DNA of 60,802 nucleotides, taken from a bacterium. Its GTDB lineage: Bacteria > Patescibacteriota > Minisyncoccia > Portnoybacterales > UBA2143. The notes beneath the pieces are model-generated. The model made no database searches. It was not told the origin of the DNA and worked only from the letters and a program-made list of their open reading frames with translations. A program made the translations under genes and the position numbers. The stretch's first letter is position 1, and each line of letters begins with the position of its first letter. The stretch is from NCBI GenBank assembly GCA_043818835.1, contig JBDRFK010000011.1, positions 1-60,802 of the forward strand. The letters are read 5' to 3'. Shown piece after piece: positions 8,217 through 17,196 of the stretch.

Positions 8217-9818
8217 CTACTGAGTTAAATCAGTAGTTTTCTTTTTCCAGATTGTAATGCCCCAGCCGGTGAAGAGGGAGCCAGAAATTAGAATTGATAA
8301 AACTAAAATTAAATTGGCGTTGGATTTTTTGGGGATGTTTATGTTGTTGCTATTAAGTAGCGGTCTTATTTTATCCGAAATGTTTTGCGCTTGAATGGCG
8401 ATAACGTCAGTATTTTTTGGCGCAATATTAGAAAGCGTCTGTTCTTCCACGAGATTCTTCGTTTCACTCAGAATGACATTTGGGGTGATGACATTAGGAA
8501 TAAGAGCAATCGGTTCTTTGGCAGGTTCTTCAATAACTGGTTTTGGGTTGTTAGGAATAGGCGTTTGAGGTGGGTTTGAAGAAGATATAGAATTATTAGA
8601 AACAATATTGGCCGTGCCCGGTGTTAGAATGTTTGTCCAATAATAATCTAATCCATCAGAGACAACAGAATATTTTTCATTGATGTCTTTGTAATCTATA
8701 TGACTGGCAATCTCTCCATTGGGATAAATTAGGCGGACAGAATCACTATCGTTATTCAGAGATATTTTAGTAATCTGTCTTCTTAAAACTAAAAATTGTT
8801 TTGGAGCAATCAAGCTGTTTTCTGGAAAAACAAATGGATTACTGCCACCTTCTTCGTCGTCTAATTGCCAACCAGACAAATTGGCGATACTGTCGCTTTG
8901 ATTATGTATTTCAATCCATTCGCCGTCTTCGTCTTTGCCTTCTGGATTAGGTATAAATTCAGAAATTATGATTGACGAATTATATATATTTACAAATAAA
9001 ATATCTATATCAGAAAATTGACTGTCGCTGACTTGCAGGGTGGCGATATATTGTCCGGGAGTGGTGTATGTATGTGTTGTGGTGGCGGAGGTGTCGGTGG
9101 CGCCGTCGCCAAAATTCCAAAAGAAATCCAAATTGTTTGCGTCTGGGTCCCACGATTGCGACCCGTCAAAAAATATTTCTTGATTAGATAGGGCGGTAAT
9201 GTCTGGACCTGCTTCGGCATAAGGCGGATAATTGCTGGCATGTTTGGTGTCAGACGAATCATTTGCATCTGTATTTTCTGGTTCAGGATCTGTTTCTGGA
9301 TCTGTCGGTTCCAAATCACCGGCGCTGTTTATTGCTTTTGGCGTTCCGCCAACATCTTGGCTTGTCTGCCATTCTCCCGATGATGTTCTTTCCATTGTTT
9401 GTCTAGTGGTATTATCGCCGGGAGGTCCATCTTTAGGATAAGAAGCGCTGTCAATTAAATGATTTTCCGCGTCATAAAGTTCTAATAATTCGCCGTTATT
9501 GCCTAAAGCGCCGGTATATATTTGATCGGCTATAATATCGGGGACAGAGCTATCATCTGTTCTTTCTAATAAAAAGTATCCTTGAGAAGCAATTGTTCCT
9601 GTTAAAGATATATTTGGCGTATCGTCTTCAGCCTTTAATATCCAGCCAGTTAAATCAATTTCTTGGTCAGTTGGATTGTATAATTCTATCCATTCATCAT
9701 TGGCGAATTCAATCGTTCCCATCCAAGCAATCTCATTGATAATGATTGAATCACTTGCTAAACATAGAAAAGGGAGTAATAATGCAAATAAGGAGATTAA
9801 AAATAGTTTTTTATACAT
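8217..9818 (-). CDS. Surface protein with two lamin-tail domains, a PKD domain and a C-terminal TM anchor
   Basis: IIINEIAWMGT...DEWIELYNPT and IIISEFIPNPEG...GEWIEIHNQS (LTD). FDGSQSWDPD...FGDGAT...HTYTTPGQY (PKD). Start placed at the signal peptide MYKKLFLISLFALLLPFLCLA. Confidence 0.8.
   Translation of the reverse strand: MYKKLFLISLFALLLPFLCLASDSIIINEIAWMGTIEFANDEWIELYNPTDQEIDLTGWILKAEDDTPNISLTGTIASQGYFLLERTDDSSVPDIIADQIYTGALGNNGELLELYDAENHLIDSASYPKDGPPGDNTTRQTMERTSSGEWQTSQDVGGTPKAINSAGDLEPTDPETDPEPENTDANDSSDTKHASNYPPYAEAGPDITALSNQEIFFDGSQSWDPDANNLDFFWNFGDGATDTSATTTHTYTTPGQYIATLQVSDSQFSDIDILFVNIYNSSIIISEFIPNPEGKDEDGEWIEIHNQSDSIANLSGWQLDDEEGGSNPFVFPENSLIAPKQFLVLRRQITKISLNNDSDSVRLIYPNGEIASHIDYKDINEKYSVVSDGLDYYWTNILTPGTANIVSNNSISSSNPPQTPIPNNPKPVIEEPAKEPIALIPNVITPNVILSETKNLVEEQTLSNIAPKNTDVIAIQAQNISDKIRPLLNSNNINIPKKSNANLILVLSILISGSLFTGWGITIWKKKTTDLTQ
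8453..8477. repeat. Palindromic half-element inside the LTD gene, read through in frame
   Basis: gattcttcgtttcactcagaatgac encodes VILSETKNL on the minus strand. Confidence 0.75.
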
Positions 9819-9837
9819 AAAGTTGGAGGGATTGATA

Positions 9838-10140
9838 ATGAATAATAGTGAGTATTTAACTTGGTCAATTGCAAGAATTAATCCAATTAAAAACAAGGGT
9901 ATAATTTGCTTAAAAAGAGGCGTGCCAATAAAAAAAGATATTATAGTTGGAGTTGAAATAACATTTTGTGAATTTGGCAAAGAAATTGTATTTCACTGTT
10001 ATCAAGGCACACCAATGTTTAAAGATATTGATTTACATTCTTTGAGAGTTGGCGATACTTTATCAATCAAACAAAAAGGTGCTACATTCCCGTTAGATGT
10101 TCATATGACAAAAGAAATTTATCATTTAATGGAAGTTTAG
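9838..10140 (+). CDS. Hypothetical small protein (100 aa)
   Basis: ggaggg 7 nt before the ATG. The ORF ends just before a bidirectional terminator. No recognisable motifs. Confidence 0.4.
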   Translation: MNNSEYLTWSIARINPIKNKGIICLKRGVPIKKDIIVGVEITFCEFGKEIVFHCYQGTPMFKDIDLHSLRVGDTLSIKQKGATFPLDVHMTKEIYHLMEV

Positions 10141-10153
10141 TAATCAAACTAAA

Positions 10154-10179
10154 TCGCCCCGCATATATATGCGGGGCGA
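10154..10179. terminator. Bidirectional hairpin terminator (ruvB and 9838 ORF)
   Basis: tcgccccgcatatatatgcggggcga is a perfect palindrome between convergent genes. Confidence 0.75.
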
Positions 10180-10184
10180 AAATT

Positions 10185-11207
10185 TTATAACAATGAATTT
10201 TGCTCTTCTGGAAATTCTAATCCCAAGTGTTCGTATGCAAATTTAGTAGCAATGCGGCCGCGTGGTGTTCGGGTCAAAAATCCAAGTTGTAAAAGATATG
10301 GTTCATAGACGTCGCCAACTGTGCCGGGGTCTTCATCGGCGGCCGCAGCAAGAGTGTGTAAACCAACTGGTCCACCGTCAAATTTTTTAATAATTGTTTC
10401 TAATAATCTGCGGTCGGCAGGCTCTAATCCGTACTGATCAATTTCTAACATTAGTAATGCCTCTTTGGCGACGTCTGACGTAATTAGTCCATCGAATTTA
10501 ACTTGGCTGTAATCGCGAACGCGTTTTAAGAGACGATTGGCGACTCGTGGTGTTCGGCGTGAGGCGCGCGCAATAACTTTTAATGCTTCGTGATTATCAA
10601 TTTCCACATTCAATATTTTTGCCGAACGAGAAACAATTTGTTCAATATCAGGATCTTCATAAAAATCTAATCTATATGTGGCGCCAAAACGGCTTCGCAG
10701 AGGAGTAGACATTAATCCAATTTGAGTGGTTGCGCCAATAAAAGTGAAATGTGGTAAGTTTAATTGCAAGGTGCGCGCCGAAGGCCCTTTACCGATAATG
10801 ATGTCTAAAACAAAATCCTCCATGGCTGGATAAAGCGCTTCTTCAATAGACCGATTAAGTCGGTGGCATTCATCGCAAAACAAGACATCGCCTTCTTGTA
10901 AATTAGTTAAAATAGAAGCAAGGTCGCCGACTTTTTCAATTGTTGGTCCAGAAGTTATTCTGATATTAACATTCAACTCTCTGGCAATAATATGTGCCAG
11001 AGTTGTTTTACCAAGACCACTGGAGCCATACAAAAGAACGTGGTCAATTGGTTCTTCTCTCTTTTTTGCCGCGCCAATCAAAATATCCAAGTTATTTTTA
11101 ACCTTAGTTTGACCAACATATTCTTTAAATGATGATGGTCGCAAGGTATATTCCAAAGTATTATCTTCGGATGTTTGTTTCGGGGTGGTGAGCATGGTTG
11201 TGGACAA
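10185..11207 (-). CDS. ruvB: Holliday junction helicase RuvB
   Basis: Walker [12 protein letters not shown], and [15 protein letters not shown]. Confidence 0.95.
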   Translation of the reverse strand: MSTTMLTTPKQTSEDNTLEYTLRPSSFKEYVGQTKVKNNLDILIGAAKKREEPIDHVLLYGSSGLGKTTLAHIIARELNVNIRITSGPTIEKVGDLASILTNLQEGDVLFCDECHRLNRSIEEALYPAMEDFVLDIIIGKGPSARTLQLNLPHFTFIGATTQIGLMSTPLRSRFGATYRLDFYEDPDIEQIVSRSAKILNVEIDNHEALKVIARASRRTPRVANRLLKRVRDYSQVKFDGLITSDVAKEALLMLEIDQYGLEPADRRLLETIIKKFDGGPVGLHTLAAAADEDPGTVGDVYEPYLLQLGFLTRTPRGRIATKFAYEHLGLEFPEEQNSLL

Positions 11208-11272
11208 CTGGTGGATAAATAATTTGCATTAAAAGATACTTCTGTGCTAAAATTAAATCTGTCTTAAAACTC

Positions 11273-11301
11273 TTGACAAACATTAAACTATCTGCTATTA
11301 T
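11273..11301 (+). promoter_or_regulatory. Near-consensus sigma70-like promoter facing the structured element
   Basis: TTGACA (11273-78), 17 nt, TATTAT (11296-301), between two minus-strand genes. Confidence 0.45.
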
Positions 11302-11323
11302 CTAAGCAGATGTTGTTTTTTAT

Positions 11324-11486
11324 AATATCCGTTAATCTGTAGGCAATTGAACCTTTTTTATACTTTTGGTTCGTTGGGGGTTTTTCTTAGTTATGGATGT
11401 TTTGGTTTCGACTGAGATATTCCTCGGGAAAATCTTTTCTCTTTACCTTTGAGTAGAGAGTTATTGCCTACAGATTAGCGGATATT
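11324..11486. other. 163-nt element closed by a 24-bp stem (candidate structured ncRNA or MITE)
   Basis: aatatccgttaatctgtaggcaat (11324-47) pairs with attgcctacagattagcggatatt (11463-86) with one G-U. Internal hairpins gaacc/ggttc and ctctttac/gtagagag. Confidence 0.5.
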
Positions 11487-11499
11487 TTTATTTTAAAGA

Positions 11500-13131
11500 T
11501 TATTCTGTGGCTACTCTATCAATTTCTTCTATTGTCGTAATTCCATTCAAAACTTTCAATATTCCGTCTTGATAAAAAGTTATCATGCCATTTTTGCGCG
11601 CGATATCTAAAACTTCAATATGCCCAGGAGATGTATTTATCAATTTTTCCATTTCTCCATTTTTAAAAATCATTTCAAAAATACCAATTCGTCCTTTATA
11701 TCCTGTATTATTACATTCTTCGCATCCCTCAGCTTTATAAATCTTATCTATATTATATTCGTAATCAACGCCCTTTAGGGCCGTTTTTATTTTAGTCAAT
11801 ATTTCTGGCGATGGTGTAATTTCTCGGCGACATTTAACGCATATTTTACGAATCAATCTTTGAGCAATAATAGTATTTAAGGCTGAAGCTATACTGGAAG
11901 CAGTAACACCAATATCTAAAAATCTTGGGATAGCTCCAGCGGCGTCATTAGTGTGTAACGTTGATAAAACCAAGTGTCCAGTAAGCGCTGCTTGAATGGC
12001 GATGTCGGCAGTTTCTTGATCTCTGATTTCTCCTACTAAAACAATATCAGGATCTTGTCGCAGTATCGCTCGTAAACCACTGGCGAAGGTATAACCTCTT
12101 TCAGATTCAACTTGTGTTTGGGTAATTCCTTTTAAATGATATTCAACAGGATCTTCTAAAGTAATAATTTTCACTTCTGGTTTATTGATAGTTTTAATTA
12201 ACGAGTAAAGCAGGGTGGTTTTTCCAGAACCAGTAGGGCCAGTAGTAATGATCATACCATTTGGCTTTTTAATTTCTTTAGATATACTATTCAATAAATC
12301 ATCTCGCAAACCCAGATCTTCTAATTTCAAATTGATGGCCTTCGGGTTTAATATTCGCATAACAATATTTTCTCCATAAGCGCTTGGGATAACTGAAACA
12401 CGAACCTCTATATCAGCTTCGTCAGCAACAATTGTAAAGCGTCCATCTTGCGCTTGATCACTAACATTCAATTTTATTCCAGAAAGAAGTTTCAGTCTAT
12501 TTAAAACGTATTTATAGCTTTTAGGGGATAAAAAAACCACATCTTGCAACATGCCATCAATGCGGTACCGTGTGATGATATTTTCTTTGGTTGCTTCCAA
12601 GTGAATGTCGGATGCGTCTGTTGCTAAGCTGCCAGATAGTAGAATTTCAACAATTAAAGAGGCTTGCATTGCTGGCACTTTTTCAATTTCTGTTTTTATA
12701 TCATCTGCCTTCTTGATTTTCTTTTGAAGACTGGTCAAAATGTCTTTTTCTATTTCAACCTTTCCGGCAATTTTCTTTTCAGGCTCCTTAGGAGCTTCAC
12801 TGTAAATTGCCCATGCCTTTTTAAGGCTAATTAGAGAAGAAACGAATAAACTGATTGTATAACCAGATTTTTCTAAGTCGGTTATAATTTGTTTTGTTTC
12901 TGGTGACTCTGGGTTTTGAGCAACTACGAAGATTTTTTTTCCTTTTTTTTGAATGACAGCTAATTTTGCTTGTCGTGCTTGTTTCTCGGGGATTAAAATT
13001 AGCGCGTTGGCGTCAATGGGAGTAATTTTTAAATCCAGATATGGCAAATTTAATTTTTTCGCGAGCAGTTCAGCTCTTTCTTTTTCTTGTTCAGCCCTAA
13101 GTTCGATTATTTTTTCTTGAAGCTTAGTCAT
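11500..13131 (-). CDS. GspE/PilB-family secretion or pilus assembly ATPase
   Basis: Walker A GPTGSGKTT, His box TGHLVLSTLHTN, Cys cluster CVKC...CEECNNTGYKGR. Confidence 0.9.
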   Translation of the reverse strand: MTKLQEKIIELRAEQEKERAELLAKKLNLPYLDLKITPIDANALILIPEKQARQAKLAVIQKKGKKIFVVAQNPESPETKQIITDLEKSGYTISLFVSSLISLKKAWAIYSEAPKEPEKKIAGKVEIEKDILTSLQKKIKKADDIKTEIEKVPAMQASLIVEILLSGSLATDASDIHLEATKENIITRYRIDGMLQDVVFLSPKSYKYVLNRLKLLSGIKLNVSDQAQDGRFTIVADEADIEVRVSVIPSAYGENIVMRILNPKAINLKLEDLGLRDDLLNSISKEIKKPNGMIITTGPTGSGKTTLLYSLIKTINKPEVKIITLEDPVEYHLKGITQTQVESERGYTFASGLRAILRQDPDIVLVGEIRDQETADIAIQAALTGHLVLSTLHTNDAAGAIPRFLDIGVTASSIASALNTIIAQRLIRKICVKCRREITPSPEILTKIKTALKGVDYEYNIDKIYKAEGCEECNNTGYKGRIGIFEMIFKNGEMEKLINTSPGHIEVLDIARKNGMITFYQDGILKVLNGITTIEEIDRVATE

Positions 13132-13551
13132 TCTGATGAAAGTTTATCCTATTTTTCCGCTTCAGTCAAATTAGTGTTTTTTTAAAATAAAAAGTTATCC
13201 ACTTTACATTTTTATTATTATATTTATAATCTTTAATTAAGAGAGAAGTTATTAGAAAATCTTAACATCTCAACAAGCCTAAGAAAGGAGGGTATCCGTT
13301 TTGAATGTCTTGAATGTTCTTTAGTTAATATCATTGGTTATTCATTTTTTATTTTTTTTTGGTAAGGAGAGAAAAATGATGAAAATGATAAATTTGTTGG
13401 CGCGATTGGCGCAACGATTTTATTAACTTTGCATGGGCATCATATCAATTCTTAATAATCGGGTACTTAATTAGCAATACTGGGGACTGTCAAATGACAG
13501 TCCCTATAACTTTTTATTTTTTTGTTATTCCTGTCTTTCTTGTTATTGCGA

Positions 13552-13576
13552 GGAGCAGTAGGCGACGAAGCAATCC
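13552..13576. repeat. Palindromic half-element (gttattgcgagg...gcaatcc)
   Basis: attgc...gcaat arms. Same core as 38794-38887. Confidence 0.6.
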
Positions 13577-13640
13577 CGTAGAAAATACATTTAAAATTAT
13601 CTTATCATCATTCTTGTTTTTTCTCTGTTATTCTGTATCA

Positions 13641-13720
13641 AGAGGTCCGACCTATCGTGTTAGTAAGAAACAATTGTAAATTTTAATATAGTCACGTATT
13701 AAAGGTCGGACCTCGTTTGT
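13641..13720 (+). repeat. 80-nt repeat, copy A (internal gaggtccgacc/ggtcggacctc stem)
   Basis: Highly similar to 14327-14406 with a handful of substitutions. The arms enclose about 55 nt. Confidence 0.8.
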
Positions 13721-13770
13721 TTTTAATTCTAATTGTCAAAATACTTTTAGCTGAGTATGATAAAATAGAA

Positions 13771-14223
13771 ATGGAATCAACAATAATTACAACCAAAAAT
13801 GCAAAAGAAACACAAAAAGCCGGTCAAGTTTTGGCAAAAGGAATTTTAAAGGAAGAAGATAGACAATATGCGACTGTGGTTGCTTTGCAGGGTGAATTAG
13901 GCGGTGGTAAAACAACCTTTGTGCAAGGCATGGTTGAAGGTCTGAGAATTAAAGAACAAATCACCAGTCCAACTTTTGTGATTTTAAAAAGGTATGATAT
14001 TGATAACAAAGATTACAATTATTTTTATCACATAGACTGCTATCGCCTAAATTCCGAACAAGATATTTTAGATTTAGATTTTAAAAATATTGTTAGTAAC
14101 TCCAAAAATATCATTGCTATTGAATGGGCAGAAAAAGTTAAAAGCATCTTACCCGACAACACAATTTGGATAAACTTTAAATATATTGATAAAAATAAGA
14201 GGGAAATTGTAGTCGGCAAATAG
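13771..14223 (+). CDS. tsaE: tRNA t6A biosynthesis ATPase TsaE
   Basis: P-loop GELGGGKTTFVQG...SPTF...HID.YR. Confidence 0.85.
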   Translation: MESTIITTKNAKETQKAGQVLAKGILKEEDRQYATVVALQGELGGGKTTFVQGMVEGLRIKEQITSPTFVILKRYDIDNKDYNYFYHIDCYRLNSEQDILDLDFKNIVSNSKNIIAIEWAEKVKSILPDNTIWINFKYIDKNKREIVVGK

Positions 14224-14253
14224 AGTCCTCGTAGAGTACTCTACGAGGACTCT
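14222..14253. terminator. 32-nt perfect palindrome overlapping the tsaE stop codon
   Basis: agagtcctcgtagagt/actctacgaggactct. No clear T-run. Confidence 0.45.
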
Positions 14254-14282
14254 ATGGGTGGGAGAAAGAAATAACTATCTCT

Positions 14283-14310
14283 GTTATTCTGAGTCGAAGG
14301 CGAAGAATCC
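14283..14310. repeat. Palindromic half-element (gttattctgag...gaagaatcc)
   Basis: attct...agaat arms. Confidence 0.6.
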
Positions 14311-14326
14311 TGTGGCAAATTCACCA

Positions 14327-14406
14327 AGAGGTCCAACCTGTCGTGTTAGTAAGAAATAGTTTTAAATTTTAATATAGCCGCGCATTAAAGGTCGGACCTC
14401 GTTTGT
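14327..14406 (+). repeat. 80-nt repeat, copy B
   Basis: Direct repeat of 13641-13720. Together they bracket tsaE. Confidence 0.8.
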
Positions 14407-14426
14407 CACAGTTTTAATTTATTTTT

Positions 14427-15002
14427 ATGTTGTCAAAAAATTCAATTGCAAAAATATATAAATATTACTTTACTACTCCTCGTTATAATGAAGAGGTAGT
14501 GCGGGCAACGTGCGAGTTTTTTGATCGTCCAGATTTGAAGCGCGGCGATTCGCTTGAAATGGACGATAAAAGCTTGGGGTTGTTTAATGAGTGGTTTCTG
14601 TATGATTTTAAACTTGTTAATGGAAAAACGCCTTTGGCAAATTTTGTAGCAAAAAATCCTTTGAAAGTTTCAAAGAAAGATATGGCTTTTTATCGCGCTA
14701 TTTTAAAAAGCAACGAGTATGGATTATTTGAAGTGCTTCATATAGATCTTAATACAGGATTGATGCTGAAAAATCTGCAAACCGAAAAAGAAAACTATGT
14801 TTATGAGCGGAGTTTGACATCGCAAGTGGAAATTGGCAGCGTATTTTTCGGGAGAATCGGATTAGTTAATGACCATTATGAATTAATTGGCGCCGATTCT
14901 TTTTCTATGATAGCGACAAGTGATGAAATAAAGAGATATTTTCATGGTATAAAAATAAAGTTAACGCCAAAGATAGCTTGCGATATCTGGAAAAGACAAT
15001 AA
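14427..15002 (+). CDS. Hypothetical protein (191 aa)
   Basis: Long ORF followed by a terminator. No motif recognised. Confidence 0.6.
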   Translation: MLSKNSIAKIYKYYFTTPRYNEEVVRATCEFFDRPDLKRGDSLEMDDKSLGLFNEWFLYDFKLVNGKTPLANFVAKNPLKVSKKDMAFYRAILKSNEYGLFEVLHIDLNTGLMLKNLQTEKENYVYERSLTSQVEIGSVFFGRIGLVNDHYELIGADSFSMIATSDEIKRYFHGIKIKLTPKIACDIWKRQ

Positions 15003-15011
15003 AATAATAAA

Positions 15012-15081
15012 CAAAGGTGGTGTCTGCAAAGCACGCCATTGCAACCTTGCAACCGCCATTGCAACTTGCAACTTGCAATTC
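15012..15081 (+). repeat. Element with conserved head (caaaggtggtgtctgcaaagc) and an array of TTGCAAC heptamers
   Basis: cattgcaac cttgcaac cgccattgcaac ttgcaac ttgcaat. The head recurs inverted at 19828-19857. Confidence 0.6.
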
Positions 15082-15084
15082 ACT

Positions 15085-15115
15085 ATCAACGAGACCCGTC
15101 CTCGTTGATTTTTTC
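15085..15115 (+). terminator. Intrinsic terminator
   Basis: atcaacgag/ctcgttgat hairpin plus T6. Confidence 0.75.
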
Positions 15116-15190
15116 TCGGGAAAAACCACTTAAGGTTGGACCTTGTCTGGTCGATCTTGTCCTAAAAATATATTAATAAAAAATAAAAAA

Positions 15191-15362
15191 TATGCGTATC
15201 AAAGCAACAAGAAAACTTTATAAAAACAGCGAATATACTTATTCCATTAACCTATCGCCAGAAATGGTTAAAAAAATGAAATGGCGCGAAGGCCAAAAGT
15301 TAACCATCATCGCCAGCCAAAAAACCGGCAAGATTACGATTAAGGATTGGGAGGAGAAATAA
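15191..15362 (+). pseudogene. AbrB/SpoVT (MazE-like) small DNA-binding gene, apparently frameshifted
   Basis: MRIKATRKLYKNSEYTYSINLSPEMVKKMKWREGQK, then the frame breaks at aagttt (15296-301). The neighbouring frame gives the canonical LTIIASQKTGKITIKDWEEK. Confidence 0.4.
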
Positions 15363-15370
15363 TCAATTTT

Positions 15371-15432
15371 GTCATTCTGGAGCGAAGCGATAGAATCTCG
15401 CGGGAGCGACCGAAGAGAGCGACCCGCGCGAC
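15371..15432. repeat. Composite palindromic element (gtcattctgg...agaatc plus tcgcggg...cccgcga)
   Basis: Two adjacent hairpins with the family 5' terminus gtcattc. Confidence 0.75.
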
Positions 15433-15529
15433 TTTTGCAAAAACTGCTTTGAGTGGTGGGTTTTGGGTTAACTTTTTAAATTGAAAAAGTTGATTAAAAA
15501 TGGTATTGTAAAAATAATTAAGATAAAAT

Positions 15530-16207
15530 ATGATAAAAAAACTAATTACACACAAAAGTTATAATGGTTCTAATAAAATATATTTATTAAATGGCGATTA
15601 TAAACATCATGTTAATGATGTGGATACTTTACAATTGGGGCATAAATTGAATCTTTGGGGTAATTGGGGAGATGTTGAAGATGTGCCAGTTGATAAAAAT
15701 ATTAAAGAGGGAATATCGTTTTTTATGCGTTCTGGTTTTCAATTTCAGGCAAATCCGTTAGATAAGTTGGTTTGCACTCAAAAGTTTGGTGAAAGACCCG
15801 ATTTTTATAAGCAATGGCAGATGATTGGACATAATGGCATTGATTTTCGCACTAAATTTGATGATAGTTTAGATGGAAAAAGACCCGTATTTGCGGTTTT
15901 GAATGGAATTGTGTCTAAGGTGGTTAATATTACAGGTCAAAGCGGTTATGGGAAATATGTTAAATTAAAACACGAGAAAGATAGAGAAACACTATATGCT
16001 CATCTGGATACAATAAATGTGCTAAAGGGGCAGTCAATCAATGCGGGAGATCAAATAGGCGTATCTAATAATACGGGGATTGGAAATGCTCCTCACTTGC
16101 ATTTTGAATTTAAACCAACAAAAGAAGAAGTTGATAGTAAAAATGGCTATAAAGGTTCTATTGATCCAATAAATCTCTTTTTAGGAGAAATTGAATTTCT
16201 ATCGTAG
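15530..16207 (+). CDS. M23 (LytM-type) peptidoglycan metallopeptidase
   Basis: HNGIDF and NAPHLHFE zinc-ligand motifs. Confidence 0.85.
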   Translation: MIKKLITHKSYNGSNKIYLLNGDYKHHVNDVDTLQLGHKLNLWGNWGDVEDVPVDKNIKEGISFFMRSGFQFQANPLDKLVCTQKFGERPDFYKQWQMIGHNGIDFRTKFDDSLDGKRPVFAVLNGIVSKVVNITGQSGYGKYVKLKHEKDRETLYAHLDTINVLKGQSINAGDQIGVSNNTGIGNAPHLHFEFKPTKEEVDSKNGYKGSIDPINLFLGEIEFLS

Positions 16208-16211
16208 ATTG

Positions 16212-17192
16212 ATGAATAAAAATAACCAAATAAAATTCATTGATTTTTGTGCGGGAATTGGAGGCGGACGCTTGGGTCTTGAAAATATTGGCATGCAGTG
16301 TGTTGGTTTTTCGGAAATTGATAAAAATTCTGAAAAAACATACAGACTTTTTTTCGGGGAAGATGAACAGAATTACGGCGATTTAATGAAAATTGCTCCG
16401 GAAAAATTACCCGATTTTGATTTAATGATTGCGGGGTTTCCTTGCCAAACTTTTTCCGTTATCGGACAAAGAAAAGGAATGAAAGATCATAGAGGGCAAA
16501 TAATTTTTGGTTTAATTAACATAATGATTGCTAAAAATTTGAAGTATTTTATTTTGGAGAATGTCAAAGGACTTCTTAATCACGATGGTGGACGCTCGCT
16601 AAAAAATATTTTGGAGGAATTGGACAATGCCAATTATGATGTTTTTTGGAAAGTGGTTAGTAGCTTGCATTATGGAGTTCCGCAAATGAGAGAGCGAATA
16701 TATTTCGTTGGAATTCGCAAAGATTTAAAAAACGACAAAAAAGGGTTTGTTTTCCCCGAAATTGAAGAAATGCCGCGACTTGAATTGTATTTAACAGATG
16801 ATTATAAAATGGAGTTTCAAGAAAGACAGGCGACATATAAAACCTTTTTAAAATATCTTGACAATAAGTATAACAAAGGCAAATTTTCAATAGATTTATT
16901 GTTGGAAGAAAATTTGTTGGTTATAGACACTCGTCAGTCGGATATGCGTCTGTATCGTGGCAAAGTTCCAACTTTAAGAACAGGGAGACACGGAATTTTA
17001 TATGTTAGAGAGGGCAAATTTAGGAAATTGTCTGGTTATGAATCTTTGCTGTTGCAGGGATTTCCAAAGCGGCTGTCTAAAAAAGCAAAAGAGAAAATTC
17101 AAGATATTTATTTGCTTAGCCAAGCCGGAAATGCTATGACTGTCAACGTTGTGGAGGCGTTTGGCAAAAGCTTGTTAAATTTTACAAATTAA
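16212..17192 (+). CDS. DNA (cytosine-5) methyltransferase
   Basis: Motifs FCAGIGGG (I), GFPCQTFS (IV), ENVKGL (VI), QMRERIYFVG (VIII), AGNAMTV (X). Confidence 0.92.
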   Translation: MNKNNQIKFIDFCAGIGGGRLGLENIGMQCVGFSEIDKNSEKTYRLFFGEDEQNYGDLMKIAPEKLPDFDLMIAGFPCQTFSVIGQRKGMKDHRGQIIFGLINIMIAKNLKYFILENVKGLLNHDGGRSLKNILEELDNANYDVFWKVVSSLHYGVPQMRERIYFVGIRKDLKNDKKGFVFPEIEEMPRLELYLTDDYKMEFQERQATYKTFLKYLDNKYNKGKFSIDLLLEENLLVIDTRQSDMRLYRGKVPTLRTGRHGILYVREGKFRKLSGYESLLLQGFPKRLSKKAKEKIQDIYLLSQAGNAMTVNVVEAFGKSLLNFTN

Positions 17193-17196
17193 ATTC

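Noticed and set aside
9819-9980. 54-codon N-terminal extension of the LTD/PKD gene
   Set aside because: The internal Met at 9818 starts a canonical signal peptide. The extension is hydrophobic AT-rich read-through and overlaps a divergent ORF that has a good RBS. The call remains uncertain.
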